Of a stretch of 64,000 nucleotides of DNA, positions 44,052 through 54,966 are shown in pieces (the stretch's first letter is position 1; each line of letters begins with the position of its first letter). Source of the stretch: Patescibacteria group bacterium. Its GTDB lineage: Bacteria; Patescibacteriota; Patescibacteriia; Magasanikbacterales; UBA922. The DNA lies in contig JBAZIZ010000002.1 of assembly GCA_041651535.1 (NCBI GenBank), positions 82,059 through 146,058 on the forward strand, read 5' to 3'. The position numbers and the translations under genes were made by a program. The notes beneath the pieces are model-generated. The model was not told the origin of the DNA and did no database searches. It saw only the letters and a program-made list of their open reading frames with translations.

Positions 44052-46517
44052 ATGGATGCTCACAAACTTATAGACAATTTCTCTACTCATCTAAAAAATG
44101 TTATTGCTCGTGCTATTTCGACAGCTGATAGTTTACACAATGAAAAAGTTGAGCCTATTCATTTACTCTATGCTTTGAGCCAAGAAAAAGGTTCTATTGG
44201 AGCAGAAATTTTAAACAAATTAGTCATAACTGAAAAACTAATTTTTGAAAATGCTATAAAATTTAAACAAAAACAAGATATAAACAAAGATATCCCAGAA
44301 CTTGGTGGACTAGCTAAAAAAATTATTGAAAAAGCTTTGATTTTAGCTCATGATCGAAAACACAATTATATTGGGACTGAACATTTGCTTTTTGGAATTT
44401 CTGAATCTGATGATAAAGAATTAAATAATTTTTTTGCGACGATTGCTCTAAGTCACGAAACTTTAGCAAAAGAAATTTCTCTAGCTTTTTCCAATGTTGA
44501 TCGATTTTCCCAAATTGAAGAAACTACTGAGGAAAATTTTTCTGATATTATCCAAAATCTTACTGAAAACTCTTTACCAGAAGATACAAACGGTTTTAAT
44601 CCTGATTTAATTCCTTTGTTAAACCAAAATAAAACAAAAAATAAACAAAATATTTTAAATTTATTTACCAAAGATTTAACAACTCGTGCTAATCAAGAAA
44701 AAATTGATCCAGTAATCGGTCGCGAAGCAGAAATTGAAAGAATTATAAATATTTTAGCCAGAAGAACAAAAAATAATCCAATTTTAGTTGGTGAACCAGG
44801 TGTAGGAAAGACAGCTATTGTCGAAGGATTAGCAAAAAAAATATCTGAAAAAAAAGTTCCTGAATTTTTAAAAAGAAAAAAAATTTTATCTTTAGATTTA
44901 ACTTCTCTTATTTCAGGTACTATTTATCGTGGTGAGTTTGAATCTCGACTAAAACAAATAATTGATGAATGTGCAAAAAATCCAAATTATATTTTATTTA
45001 TAGATGAATTACATAATATTATAGGCGCTGGTTCAAATCAAGGTACAATGGACGCTGCTAATATTTTAAAACCAGCTTTAGCCCGAGGAGAACTTCGTTG
45101 TATCGGAGCTACAACTTTGGACGAATACAAAAAATATATCAGTAATGATCCAGCTTTAGAACGTCGTTTTCAAAAAATTGATATTGAAGAACCAACCATT
45201 TCTGATACTATTAAAATTATCAAGGGTATAAAAAAATATTATGAAAATTTTCATAATGTAATTATTAATGATGAAATTATAGAAGAAACCGTCAAACTCA
45301 GTGACCGCTATACACATGATAATTTTCAACCAGACAAATCCATTGATTTGATCGATGAAGCTTGTGGTTTAGCAAAAATGCGACAAAAACTAAATCCAGA
45401 TACAAAAAAAATAAATGAAATTGAAATGGAAATTGAAGAAAAAAATATACAAAAAGAAGAAATGATAAATAAGGAAAATCTCAAAGAAGCTTTAAAAATA
45501 AAAAAAGAAATTCAAAAATTAGAAAAAAAAATAACAGAATTAAAAACAAAAAAAATTGTTGAGAAAAAAAATAAATTGACTTTAGCTGATATTCGCCATG
45601 TCTTAGCTGAAAAAATTCATTTGGATGAAAAAATATTATCACAAGATGAATGGGAAAATTTAAAAAATTTAGAAAAAAATCTCAATCAAAAAATAATTGG
45701 TCAAGAAACAGCTATAAAAACTTTGTGTGATAATTTAAAAAAATCTTATTTAGGAATAAAAAAAGACAAAAAACCTTTGGCTTCTTTTTTGTTCGTAGGA
45801 CCTAGTGGAGTTGGTAAAACTGAATTAGCAAAAATTTTAGCGACTGAATTATATCACGATGAAAAATCATTAATTAAAATTAACATGACTGAATTTACTG
45901 AAGGACATAGTGTTTCTAAATTTCTTGGTTCCCCTGCTGGTTATATTGGTTATAAAGATCGCAATCCACTTATTGAAAAAATAAAACAAAGACCTTACAG
46001 CGTAATTTTATTTGATGAAATAGACAAAGCTCATAATGATATAAAAAAACTTTTGTTACAAATTTTAGATGAAGGTTTTTTAAATGATAATAATGGCAAA
46101 AAAATAATTTTTAAACACAGTGTTATTGTTTTAACAGCTAATTTTGGTTCAGATTTTTACAAAAAAGCTGATATCGGTTTTGGAGAAAATTTTTCTAAAG
46201 ATAAAAAAATAAATGAAACAGTCCAGAAAAATATTATCAAAAAAGCAGAGCAAGAATTAGGCACTGATTTAATCGGACGATTAAACGAAGTTTGTGTTTT
46301 CAATCCTCTGTCAGAAGACAGTTTGGAAATTATTATAAAAAAAGATGCAAACAAAATCGCAGAAGAATTACAAAAAGATCTAAAAAAAGTTTTTGATCAA
46401 GAACAAATTAAAAAAATAAAAGAAAAAATTAATGTTCATGATTTCGGTGCTAGACAAATTGAAAAAGAATTAGAAAAAACAATTCATGAATTTTTATTGG
46501 CTGAAAAAGAAAAATAA
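44052..46517 (+). CDS. clpC: ATP-dependent Clp protease ATP-binding subunit (ClpC-like, two AAA+ modules, Clp_N repeats)
   Basis: Clp_N domain at N-terminus; D1 Walker A '[15 protein letters not shown]', D2 '[12 protein letters not shown]'; length 821 aa with short middle coiled coil. Confidence 0.8.
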   Translation: MDAHKLIDNFSTHLKNVIARAISTADSLHNEKVEPIHLLYALSQEKGSIGAEILNKLVITEKLIFENAIKFKQKQDINKDIPELGGLAKKIIEKALILAHDRKHNYIGTEHLLFGISESDDKELNNFFATIALSHETLAKEISLAFSNVDRFSQIEETTEENFSDIIQNLTENSLPEDTNGFNPDLIPLLNQNKTKNKQNILNLFTKDLTTRANQEKIDPVIGREAEIERIINILARRTKNNPILVGEPGVGKTAIVEGLAKKISEKKVPEFLKRKKILSLDLTSLISGTIYRGEFESRLKQIIDECAKNPNYILFIDELHNIIGAGSNQGTMDAANILKPALARGELRCIGATTLDEYKKYISNDPALERRFQKIDIEEPTISDTIKIIKGIKKYYENFHNVIINDEIIEETVKLSDRYTHDNFQPDKSIDLIDEACGLAKMRQKLNPDTKKINEIEMEIEEKNIQKEEMINKENLKEALKIKKEIQKLEKKITELKTKKIVEKKNKLTLADIRHVLAEKIHLDEKILSQDEWENLKNLEKNLNQKIIGQETAIKTLCDNLKKSYLGIKKDKKPLASFLFVGPSGVGKTELAKILATELYHDEKSLIKINMTEFTEGHSVSKFLGSPAGYIGYKDRNPLIEKIKQRPYSVILFDEIDKAHNDIKKLLLQILDEGFLNDNNGKKIIFKHSVIVLTANFGSDFYKKADIGFGENFSKDKKINETVQKNIIKKAEQELGTDLIGRLNEVCVFNPLSEDSLEIIIKKDANKIAEELQKDLKKVFDQEQIKKIKEKINVHDFGARQIEKELEKTIHEFLLAEKEK

Positions 46518-46519
46518 AT

Positions 46520-47590
46520 ATGATTGCAGAAGATTATATAAAATTTAATGAGGAAAAAAATAAAGATAAACTAAACAAAAAATCATCTCCAGCTGCAACT
46601 ACTTTTTCTAACACCAAAAATAATATTGATGTTGATGAAGAAATTAATGAAAAAAAATTAGATGATGATTTAAAAAATATTGATGTAAAAATAAAAGATG
46701 TTGAATTTGATTTAAGTAAAATAAACGAAGACGCAAAAAACGAAAATTATACGCAAACAAATAATTCTACAAAAAATTCTGATTTTGATACTGAAGACGA
46801 ACAAGAAAATGAAGATGATCAAGAAGAAACTCAAAACAAACAACAAACTCCAAAAGATTTATCTGAAGATTTAGCCCAAGATTTAATTAATAATACCAAT
46901 CCAGAAAATTCTGAAATGCCAGTTGAAAATAACCCTGATAACTCAATAAATGAAACTCCGACAGCTAATGCTGAAAATAATAATCAAAATAATTACAATC
47001 CTTATCCTTTAGATAATTCTGTTATAAAAAATCAAACAAACAATAATGAAAATATAGACGAAGAAGGAAATAATAATCAAACTAAAAATAATGAACAACA
47101 AAATAGAGAAAGAAACCAAAAAAGTGGGTTAACCCAAACTGTAAACACTTTTAGATATCGTAAAAAAATAAAAGATTTGGATACAAAAATTAGTGAATTA
47201 CAAACTCAGGAAATACCTTTCAAAAAACAAAAGAAAATTTTAGACTTAAAAATAAATTCAGCACAACTAAAAAAATATTTTCTTGAAGCCCAACTTATTT
47301 TTTGGTTAATTGTCCTCATAATTTTAGGAATAGTTTGGCTTTTATTAGGAATTTCAATTATTGGTTGGGCAATATTGCCTTTTGTCACTGGTGGAATTTA
47401 TCGAGTAGCCACATCTTTAGGAAAAATTCTTGTCCAAATTAAACAAATCAATTCAAAAATTGAAAATTACAAAGAAAAAACTGAAAAAATAAATAAAGCA
47501 ATTAAACAACTAGAAAAATTGATCATGAATTTTTACCGCACAAAACAAGAACTTTTAAATAAAGGTTTATTAGAAAAAACCGAATCATAA
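46520..47590 (+). CDS. Hypothetical low-complexity acidic (N/E/D/Q-rich) protein with C-terminal double-TM anchor and coiled coil
   Basis: 356 aa; start 3 nt after clpC stop; TM 'IFWLIVLIILGIVWLLLGISIIGWAILPFVTGGI'. Confidence 0.5.
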   Translation: MIAEDYIKFNEEKNKDKLNKKSSPAATTFSNTKNNIDVDEEINEKKLDDDLKNIDVKIKDVEFDLSKINEDAKNENYTQTNNSTKNSDFDTEDEQENEDDQEETQNKQQTPKDLSEDLAQDLINNTNPENSEMPVENNPDNSINETPTANAENNNQNNYNPYPLDNSVIKNQTNNNENIDEEGNNNQTKNNEQQNRERNQKSGLTQTVNTFRYRKKIKDLDTKISELQTQEIPFKKQKKILDLKINSAQLKKYFLEAQLIFWLIVLIILGIVWLLLGISIIGWAILPFVTGGIYRVATSLGKILVQIKQINSKIENYKEKTEKINKAIKQLEKLIMNFYRTKQELLNKGLLEKTES

Positions 47591-47612
47591 ATAAAATATT
47601 TAATATCAAAAT

Positions 47613-48866
47613 ATGGATAAGAAAAAAATTTTATATATCATTTTATTCATTACAGTTTGTTGTCTACTGGCTTATGCTATTTATTTTGTGTTTTTTAGAA
47701 AAGCCACAACGCCTGAAGGTGGTGAAACTGGTACTACTCCAGGTGGAAATTTTCCAACTGTAAATGAAGGCGGTACTAAAACTGGTGGAGAAAGCACAGG
47801 TACTTTACCAGAAACTGGTGAGAAACCAGATACAGAAGATGGAAAAAAACCTTTAGAAACAGCTAATGAAATTATAAATTTACAACCAACAGTAAATACC
47901 CAAAAATCAAAAGAAACTCAAGTGGTAAATACAAAAGTTGCCAATGTTAGTTATAGCCAAAATGGAGCAAAATTTTATAACCCACAAGACGGCAAGTTTT
48001 ATTTTTTAAATTCAGAAGGAAAACTTGAACTCTTAAGTGATAAAGTTTTTTATAATGTAGAAAATGTCACTTGGTCACCAACCCAAAATGAAGGAATTAT
48101 TGAATACCCAGATGGCTCAAACATTTATTATAATTTTGAAGAAGAAAAACAAGTAACATTACCAAAACATTGGGAAGATTTTGATTTTTCAACTGATGGC
48201 GGTTCTATTGTTTCAAAAAGTATGGCCGAATTAGCTGACAATCGTTGGCTCATCACTAGTGATCCAACTGGAAATAATATTGAACTTATAGAATCTATGG
48301 GAAATAATGCTGATAAAGTAATAGTTGATTGGTCACCAAACAACCAAATTATAGCTTTATCTGCTACTGGCGAAGCTAGTGGAAATAATCAAGAAATACT
48401 TTTGGTTGGTTTAAATAACGAAAATTACGCATCACTGACTGTAGCTGGACGTGGTTTAGAAACAAAATGGTCCCCTGATGGTAAAAGACTTCTACATAGT
48501 GTTTATAATTCTGCAAATAATTACAAACCAGAATTATGGATAAGTGATGCTACACCAGAAACTGTGGGAGAAAATCGTCAACCGCTCGGACTTAATACTT
48601 GGGCTGATAAATGTGCTTTTAGCTCTGATTCACGTTATATTTATTGTGGTGTGCCGACAGAACTTCGTGATGGCGCTGGTTTTGCACCAGAAGTTGCAAA
48701 TTCTATCGCTGACTCATTATATAAGATAGATTTAATTACTGGAACAAAAACTAAAATAAGTTTAGACGAAACATATACAATAAACACAATTATAATTGAC
48801 CAAAATGGAAAAAATCTTTATTTTACTGACAAAAATAAAAATGGAATATTTAAAATAAATTTATAA
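47613..48866 (+). CDS. Membrane-anchored periplasmic beta-propeller protein (PD40/TolB-like repeats)
   Basis: N-terminal TM; repeated 'WSPxxxx(I/L)' motifs (VTWSPTQNEGII, VDWSPNNQIIALS, TKWSPDGKRLL). Confidence 0.5.
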   Translation: MDKKKILYIILFITVCCLLAYAIYFVFFRKATTPEGGETGTTPGGNFPTVNEGGTKTGGESTGTLPETGEKPDTEDGKKPLETANEIINLQPTVNTQKSKETQVVNTKVANVSYSQNGAKFYNPQDGKFYFLNSEGKLELLSDKVFYNVENVTWSPTQNEGIIEYPDGSNIYYNFEEEKQVTLPKHWEDFDFSTDGGSIVSKSMAELADNRWLITSDPTGNNIELIESMGNNADKVIVDWSPNNQIIALSATGEASGNNQEILLVGLNNENYASLTVAGRGLETKWSPDGKRLLHSVYNSANNYKPELWISDATPETVGENRQPLGLNTWADKCAFSSDSRYIYCGVPTELRDGAGFAPEVANSIADSLYKIDLITGTKTKISLDETYTINTIIIDQNGKNLYFTDKNKNGIFKINL

Positions 48867-48867
48867 T

Positions 48868-49512
48868 ATGACAAATTTAAAAAAAATATTATTTTTTTTC
48901 TTACCAATTATTGGTTTAGTTTTTTTATTATTTTATTTCAGTTTAAAAACTAATAATAGTTTATTTTCTTATTCCCAAAATAAACAAAATGATAAAACTG
49001 GTCAAATTTTACAAATACCAATTAGTGTAAATGATCCGATAATTGGAGATAAAAAAAATTCTGATACTTTGATTGTTTTTGCTGATTTTGCTTGTTCTGC
49101 TTGTAAAAATGATAGTTTGATTTTAGAAAATCTACTCACTAATTATCCTAATAAATTTAAAATAATTTGGAAAGGTTTGCCGATCGCTGTTTATCCTTAT
49201 GATTCAACATTAGCTATAGAGTATGCTTATTGTGCAAATGAACAGAAAAAATTTCCTGAATTTGAAAAATATTCTTATACAAACAATTCTGATCTTTCCT
49301 CTTCTACTCTATCTCAAATTATTACAGAAATTAATTTGGATCAAAAAAAATTTAATAAATGTTTAAATGAAGAAAATAAAGATAATTATATAAAAATAAA
49401 TGAATATTATGCTGAGATGTTAAATATTCAAGAAATTCCAACTTATTTTTTTAATAACAAACAAATAACTCCCAAAGACGAAAATGATTGGAAATTAATT
49501 TTAAACTTATAA
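48868..49512 (+). CDS. DsbA-like thiol-disulfide oxidoreductase (thioredoxin fold)
   Basis: N-terminal TM; 'FADFACSACKNDS' CxxC active site; 'IWKGLP' region. Confidence 0.55.
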   Translation: MTNLKKILFFFLPIIGLVFLLFYFSLKTNNSLFSYSQNKQNDKTGQILQIPISVNDPIIGDKKNSDTLIVFADFACSACKNDSLILENLLTNYPNKFKIIWKGLPIAVYPYDSTLAIEYAYCANEQKKFPEFEKYSYTNNSDLSSSTLSQIITEINLDQKKFNKCLNEENKDNYIKINEYYAEMLNIQEIPTYFFNNKQITPKDENDWKLILNL

Positions 49513-49513
49513 T

Positions 49514-51238
49514 ATGAAAAAATATTTTAAAATTTTTATTACAATAATATTTTTCACTTTATTTTTTTTAGTTAATAATGTTTCCGCGGCAACAAATTTA
49601 AAAATTGGAGAAAAATGTTATGACAATAGCCAATGTAAATCAGGAGATTGTGAAGATGGTTTTTGTGATTGTGATGATGCCTCAGATTGCTCCCAAGAAT
49701 ATGACGGGCAAACTAAAGATTGGACTTGTGAAAATGAAGATAGTAATTCTTTCGGTTTAGATTATTGTAAAAAAACAGATGGTACAAAAAAATATCCGCG
49801 TGTTTATGGCTTAGCTATCGGCGAAATTTGTTACAACAATTCAAATTGTGTTTCTGATGATTGCGAAAAAAGTGATCAAAAAAGTACAAAAGAGAATGAT
49901 CCTGATTGGTACCCTGACCGAGATGAAGTTTGGTATTGTGATTGTAGTAAAAATAGTGATTGCGCCCAAGCTTATGGCAGTGGTACTTGGGAATGTAAAG
50001 ACGGTGCAAATTTAAGTTACGACATTGATTATTGTCGCGATAAAAATACTGGAACAATCAAACTTCCTTTTGATGGAAATAATAGTACTGGATTCTGGGG
50101 AAACTTAAGTGATGTAGTGTTTGATTCTGAAGCTTATGTAAAAAATTTTGGTGAAAATTTTGAAGAAAATTTAGTAAAACCACAACCACAAATAAATATT
50201 CCGGGTTTAGAATTTTCTGACATTAATGCAAAAAACAATCTACAAGTTGACGACAATGGAGACACTTATCTTACTATACCTTTTTTAGGAGAATATATAG
50301 TAGGAATTTACAAATATTTAATTGTAGCAGCTGTAATTGTAGCAATTATTATAATTATTATTTCGGGAATTCAATGGATTTTATCAGCAGGAAATCCAGA
50401 TACTATTAGTTCAATCAAAAAAAGAATTTTTGGAGCCATTATTGGAATTGTTTTAATTTTTAGTTCTTATACAATTTTATATATTATCAATCCTTATTTA
50501 ACACAATTCAAAGATTTAAAAATTCTTTATGTCAAACAGACAATTTATGATGCACAAGAAGAAAATGAAAATGTTAATTTAACAGACTTACAAAAATCTT
50601 CAGTTCCTCTTAGTACAAAAAAAACAGAAATTATAACACCGACTACTACATATAAAACATTTGATTGCACAAAATGGAAAAAAGATAGATTAAATGTTTA
50701 TAAACCAGCTGGTGTTTTACCTTCGCAATATACTGAAACTTATACTTGTGAAAATATTAAAGATTTAAAAAATAATAATTTAATTTCAATTACTACAATT
50801 CCAGAAATGAAAATTCCTCTTTGCCAAGCAGCTACCAATGCAGCGAGACTTGGTTATAAATTATTAGTAACTGACTCTTATCGTAGTTTTGAAGAACAGG
50901 CTGATTTATGGTGTGGTAAAGGAGCCGCTAGATTTCCTGATGAAGCTGAACGAAAAAAATATTATGCTGTTCCAGGATTTTCTATTCATGGACTCGGACA
51001 AGCTGTCGATGTGTTTTTATATGACAAATCAGGCAATCGCCTAACTTTTTTTGGCGGAGAACAATGTAACTCTTCTCCAGAAGATGTTGCTAGATTAGCA
51101 AATATTTTTTATAATACTTCTGAATATTTTTATCGATTAGAAACTGAAATTTGGCATTTTGAATATACTGACGGACCTCTAAATAATTCTCGCTTACGCA
51201 CAACATCTTTACCAACAAAATGTGCTAAAACTAACTAA
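49514..51238 (+). CDS. Bimodular envelope protein: duplicated Cys-rich N-terminal domain, two TM helices, C-terminal M15 (VanY-type) D,D-carboxypeptidase
   Basis: Two ~90-aa Cys-rich repeats ('GEKCYDNSQCKSGDCEDGFCDCDD...', 'GEICYNNSNCVSDDCEK...WYCDCSKNSDC...'); C-terminal 'LLVTDSYRSFEEQADLW...YAVPGFSIHGLGQAVDV' matches M15 metal-binding His/Asp motifs. Confidence 0.65.
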   Translation: MKKYFKIFITIIFFTLFFLVNNVSAATNLKIGEKCYDNSQCKSGDCEDGFCDCDDASDCSQEYDGQTKDWTCENEDSNSFGLDYCKKTDGTKKYPRVYGLAIGEICYNNSNCVSDDCEKSDQKSTKENDPDWYPDRDEVWYCDCSKNSDCAQAYGSGTWECKDGANLSYDIDYCRDKNTGTIKLPFDGNNSTGFWGNLSDVVFDSEAYVKNFGENFEENLVKPQPQINIPGLEFSDINAKNNLQVDDNGDTYLTIPFLGEYIVGIYKYLIVAAVIVAIIIIIISGIQWILSAGNPDTISSIKKRIFGAIIGIVLIFSSYTILYIINPYLTQFKDLKILYVKQTIYDAQEENENVNLTDLQKSSVPLSTKKTEIITPTTTYKTFDCTKWKKDRLNVYKPAGVLPSQYTETYTCENIKDLKNNNLISITTIPEMKIPLCQAATNAARLGYKLLVTDSYRSFEEQADLWCGKGAARFPDEAERKKYYAVPGFSIHGLGQAVDVFLYDKSGNRLTFFGGEQCNSSPEDVARLANIFYNTSEYFYRLETEIWHFEYTDGPLNNSRLRTTSLPTKCAKTN

Positions 51239-52571
51239 CATGAAAAATAAAAACAAAACAATATTTAACTGCGAAAAATGTGGTGCTCAATATGATAAAT
51301 GGATTGGGCGCTGTCTTGAATGCGGAACTTGGGGTTCAGTAAAAGAAGAAATATTAGAAACCAAAAATGAAAATCGTCAAAATGTTTATAAAGCAGGAGC
51401 TGTAAAAAAAATATCTGAAATTGCACCTGAAGATACAAAAAGAATTGAAACTAAAATTAGTGAACTTGACCGAGTTTTAGGTGGTGGTTTGATTCCTTCT
51501 AGTTTAATTTTGCTTGGTGGTGAACCAGGAGTCGGTAAATCTACTTTAGCTATACAAACCGCTGTGTCTATTCCCTCTTCTCTTTATATCTCAGCAGAAG
51601 AATCAATTGGACAAATAAAAATTCGTGCCGATCGTCTAAAATTAAATTCAGCTAATTTAAAATTATCAAATGAAACTTGTGTAGAAAAAATTTGTGCAAC
51701 GATTGAACAAGAAAAACCAATACTAGCAATTATTGACTCTATCCAAACAATTTATTCTGAAGAAACTATTGGCGAAGCTGGTAATATAAATCAAATAAAA
51801 GCTTGTGCTGTAAAACTTTTAGAAATTGCGAAAAAAAATAAAACTTCAATTATAGTTATTGGTCATGTAACCAAAGATGGAAATGTGGCTGGTCCAAAAA
51901 CTTTAGAACATTTAGTTGATACTGTTATTTATCTTGAGGGTGAACGCAATCATAATTATAGAATTTTACGAACTGTAAAAAATCGTTTTGGAGCTACAGA
52001 CGAAATTGGAATTTTTGATATGGCAGAAACTGGACTAAAAAGTGTTATCAATCCTTCTGCAAATTTTTTAGAAGATCGAGAAGATGAAATGAGTGGGAGT
52101 GTAATTACTTGTCTGATGGAAGGCACTCGACCACTTTTAGTTGAAGTCCAATCTTTAGTAAATAAAACTGTTTTTGGTTACCCTGTCAGAAAATCAAGCG
52201 GTTTTGATTTAAATCGTCTTCATGTCTTAACTGCAGTTTTACAAAAAAGAACTGGTATAAATTTATCGCAATACGATATCCATATAAACATAGCTGGTGG
52301 AATAAAAGCAAATGAACCGGCGGCTGATTTAGCAGTCTGTTTAGCAATTGCTAGTTCTTTCAAAGATAAAAAATTAAGTAAAAATTTAGCAGTGTTTGGT
52401 GAGGTAGGACTCGGAGGTGAAGTTAGAAAAATAAATTTTTTAGAAAAAAGAATTAAAGAATGTGAAAATCTAGGAATTAAAACTATTATTACAGGCAAAA
52501 GTGAAAACAAAACTAAAAAAATAAAAATAATAGAAGTAAAAAATATTACTGAATTAGTGAAACACACTTAA
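51222..52571 (+). CDS. radA: DNA repair protein RadA (Sms)
   Basis: C4 zinc finger 'CEKCGAQYDKWIGRCLECGTWG', Walker A 'GGEPGVGKST', 'KNRFG' motif, Lon-like C-terminal domain; true start may be the ATG at 51240. Confidence 0.9.
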   Translation: MLKLTNMKNKNKTIFNCEKCGAQYDKWIGRCLECGTWGSVKEEILETKNENRQNVYKAGAVKKISEIAPEDTKRIETKISELDRVLGGGLIPSSLILLGGEPGVGKSTLAIQTAVSIPSSLYISAEESIGQIKIRADRLKLNSANLKLSNETCVEKICATIEQEKPILAIIDSIQTIYSEETIGEAGNINQIKACAVKLLEIAKKNKTSIIVIGHVTKDGNVAGPKTLEHLVDTVIYLEGERNHNYRILRTVKNRFGATDEIGIFDMAETGLKSVINPSANFLEDREDEMSGSVITCLMEGTRPLLVEVQSLVNKTVFGYPVRKSSGFDLNRLHVLTAVLQKRTGINLSQYDIHINIAGGIKANEPAADLAVCLAIASSFKDKKLSKNLAVFGEVGLGGEVRKINFLEKRIKECENLGIKTIITGKSENKTKKIKIIEVKNITELVKHT

Positions 52572-52608
52572 AATTTTAGATTTAGGATTTTAGAATTATG
52601 AATTAAAA

Positions 52609-52632
52609 ACCCGCTTGATGGCGGTGTTTTTG
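52609..52632 (+). terminator. Terminator for radA (ACCCGC-ttgatg-GCGGTG + T5)
   Basis: GC stem followed by TTTTTG 38 nt after the stop. Confidence 0.5.
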
Positions 52633-52660
52633 TTTTAAATTAAAAAGCTGGTAAGGAAAC

Positions 52661-52686
52661 AAAAAAACAGCCTTTTCAGACTGCCA
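52661..52686 (-). terminator. Terminator for recG (GGCAGUC-UGAAAA-GGCUG + U7)
   Basis: Hairpin with one G-U pair then TTTTTTT on the minus strand 25 nt after the recG stop. Confidence 0.45.
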
Positions 52687-52710
52687 AAATCTTAAATCAA
52701 AAATCTAAAA

Positions 52711-54828
52711 TTATTCTAAGTGTACTTTTTCCTCCCATTCAATCACCTTTTCTTTCAAACTTTTATATTTATCAAAATCAATATCTCGAGCTAAATTTCT
52801 CGCAGTTCGAATAATTTCATAATCTTTCATACTAGCTAATTTTAATCTCATTTCCCCACTTTGTGCTGTGCCATAAACTTCTCCAGCACCTCGCATTTTT
52901 AAATCATATTCTGCTAAAGAAAATCCATCATTAGTAGATTCAAATAAATTTAATCTTTCTAGTGCTTTACTAGCGTTTGATTCTGTAAATAAAAAACAAT
53001 AAGATTGATGTTCACTTCTACCGACTCGTCCACGAAATTGATGCAGTTGTGCTAAACCAAAATGATCCGCTCCTTCTATCATCATTACTGTTGCATTTGG
53101 GATATCTATCCCCACTTCTATTACTGAAGTAGAAACTAAAATATCAATTTTTTTATTTTTGAAATCAGACATAATTTCATCTTTTTCAGCTGTTTTCATT
53201 TTACCATGCAAATAAGCAATATTTAATTTTGGAAAAATTTTGTCTTTTAATTTTTCATACTCTGATAAAACAGTCTTTTTTTCATCAGAAATTATCAAAG
53301 AATTTTCTTCTTCAGTATCTTTTTTACTTTCAATAAGAGGGCAAATTACAAAAGCTTGCCGGCCTTGTTTAATTTGTTCAGCAATAAATTCGTAAGCTTT
53401 TTGACGATTTTTTGCCTCAACTAATCTAGTTTTTATACTTTTACGATTTTTTGGCATGGTTTTGATAATAGATAAATCTAAATCACCATATAAAGTTAAA
53501 GCAAACGAACGTGGAATTGGAGTAGCTGTCATGCTAAAAAAATGTGGCACCAAAACTTTATTTTTATTTTGTTCTTTAATTTTTTTTCTTTGCTCCACGC
53601 CAAAACGATGTTGTTCATCAACTATTACTAAAGCTAAATTTGCAAAAATTATTTTTTCATTTAATAATGCCTGAGTACCAATAACTAAATCAATTTCTCC
53701 TGAACTTATTTTTTCAAAAATTATTTTTTTATTTTCTGTTTGTTTTTTTATTTTTAAACCAATTTCATTTGTTTCTAAACTTTTAGAAGTAATTAATGCT
53801 ATTTTTATTTTTGAATCAAAAAACTTTTTAAAAGATTCAAAATGTTGTTTGGCTAAAATTTCAGTTGGAGCCATAATAACAACTTGTAAATTATTTTTGA
53901 TCACATTTAATGCACTAATTACAGCTACCAGAGTTTTACCTGAACCTACATCACCTTCTAATAATCTATTCATTGGTTTTTCATTTTCCATATCTTTAAT
54001 AATTTCCCAAGCGGCAATTTTTTGATCTTTAGTTAATTCAAAAGGTAAATTTTTTACAAAATTACGAATTGGTTTTTCTTGAAATTTTATTTTATGCGCC
54101 TTAGTTTTTTTTATTGATTGTCGTAAAGTTTCAGCTCGCAGTTGTAATAAAAATAACTCATCAAATTTAAGTCTTCTTTGGGCTTCAATTATATCATCAT
54201 AATTTTGCGGAAAATGGATTAATTCAATCGCTTTTTTTAAATCAATAATTTTAGCTTTTTCTAATATTTCTTTTGGTAACCACTCTTGAACTTCTGAAAT
54301 TGCTTTCAGAGATTCGCTAATTAAAAACCTAATTTGTTTTTGTGTGATCCCTGTAGTCAGAGGATAAATCGGTAAAATTCTAGCGGTATGAGTATTTTTT
54401 GGTTCTATCTGTTGATTAGCAAAATGTTCTTTTTCATAAATTGGGCTTATCATTTGAATACCATAAAAACCTTCGGAAACTTTACCAGAAAAGAAAACAG
54501 TATCGCCTGCTTTTAAATTTTTTATTATAAATGCTTGATTAAACCAAACTATTTTCATTTGTCCACTGTCATCAGAAACTAAAGCTTCGGTAAGTATTTT
54601 TCTAGTTTTTCTACTTCTTTTATTATTTATAATTTCAATTTTTGCTTTTATACTAGCATCAATTTCAGCTTTCAATTCATTTATTTTAAAAGTTTTACTA
54701 TAATCTTCATAACGAAAAGGAAAATAATAAAGTAAATCCGCAACTTTTTCTATTTTAAGTCGATTTAATTTTTTTTCAGTTGTCTTGCCAACTTTACTAA
54801 GTAAAGATATTTTAGTGTCTAATTTCAT
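52711..54828 (-). CDS. recG: ATP-dependent DNA helicase RecG
   Basis: N-terminal wedge domain; helicase motif I 'GDVGSGKT', DEQH box 'VIVDEQHRFGV', motif VI 'QFRGRVGRSEHQSYC'. Confidence 0.85.
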   Translation of the reverse strand: MKLDTKISLLSKVGKTTEKKLNRLKIEKVADLLYYFPFRYEDYSKTFKINELKAEIDASIKAKIEIINNKRSRKTRKILTEALVSDDSGQMKIVWFNQAFIIKNLKAGDTVFFSGKVSEGFYGIQMISPIYEKEHFANQQIEPKNTHTARILPIYPLTTGITQKQIRFLISESLKAISEVQEWLPKEILEKAKIIDLKKAIELIHFPQNYDDIIEAQRRLKFDELFLLQLRAETLRQSIKKTKAHKIKFQEKPIRNFVKNLPFELTKDQKIAAWEIIKDMENEKPMNRLLEGDVGSGKTLVAVISALNVIKNNLQVVIMAPTEILAKQHFESFKKFFDSKIKIALITSKSLETNEIGLKIKKQTENKKIIFEKISSGEIDLVIGTQALLNEKIIFANLALVIVDEQHRFGVEQRKKIKEQNKNKVLVPHFFSMTATPIPRSFALTLYGDLDLSIIKTMPKNRKSIKTRLVEAKNRQKAYEFIAEQIKQGRQAFVICPLIESKKDTEEENSLIISDEKKTVLSEYEKLKDKIFPKLNIAYLHGKMKTAEKDEIMSDFKNKKIDILVSTSVIEVGIDIPNATVMMIEGADHFGLAQLHQFRGRVGRSEHQSYCFLFTESNASKALERLNLFESTNDGFSLAEYDLKMRGAGEVYGTAQSGEMRLKLASMKDYEIIRTARNLARDIDFDKYKSLKEKVIEWEEKVHLE

Positions 54829-54916
54829 ATAATCTTAATCTTAGTAATATTTTAACACAAATAGTCTAAAGTCTAAAGTCGAATGTCAAAAGTAAAAATT
54901 AAAAAAACTTTTTAAG

Positions 54917-54941
54917 ACAAAAAACAGCCTTTTAAGCTGTT
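54917..54941 (-). terminator. Rho-independent terminator (AACAGC-ttaaaag-GCTGTT + U6)
   Basis: Hairpin plus TTTTTTG on minus strand 26 nt after the stop of CDS 54967-55473. Confidence 0.5.
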
Positions 54942-54966
54942 AAATCTTAAATCTAAAATCTTAAAT

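Noticed and set aside
51222-51238. 17-nt overlap between the M15 peptidase gene and radA as a programmed frameshift/fusion
   Set aside because: An in-frame ATG at 51240, immediately after the upstream stop, gives a normal RadA N-terminus (MKNKNKTIFNCEKCG…); the overlap is most likely an over-extended start call.
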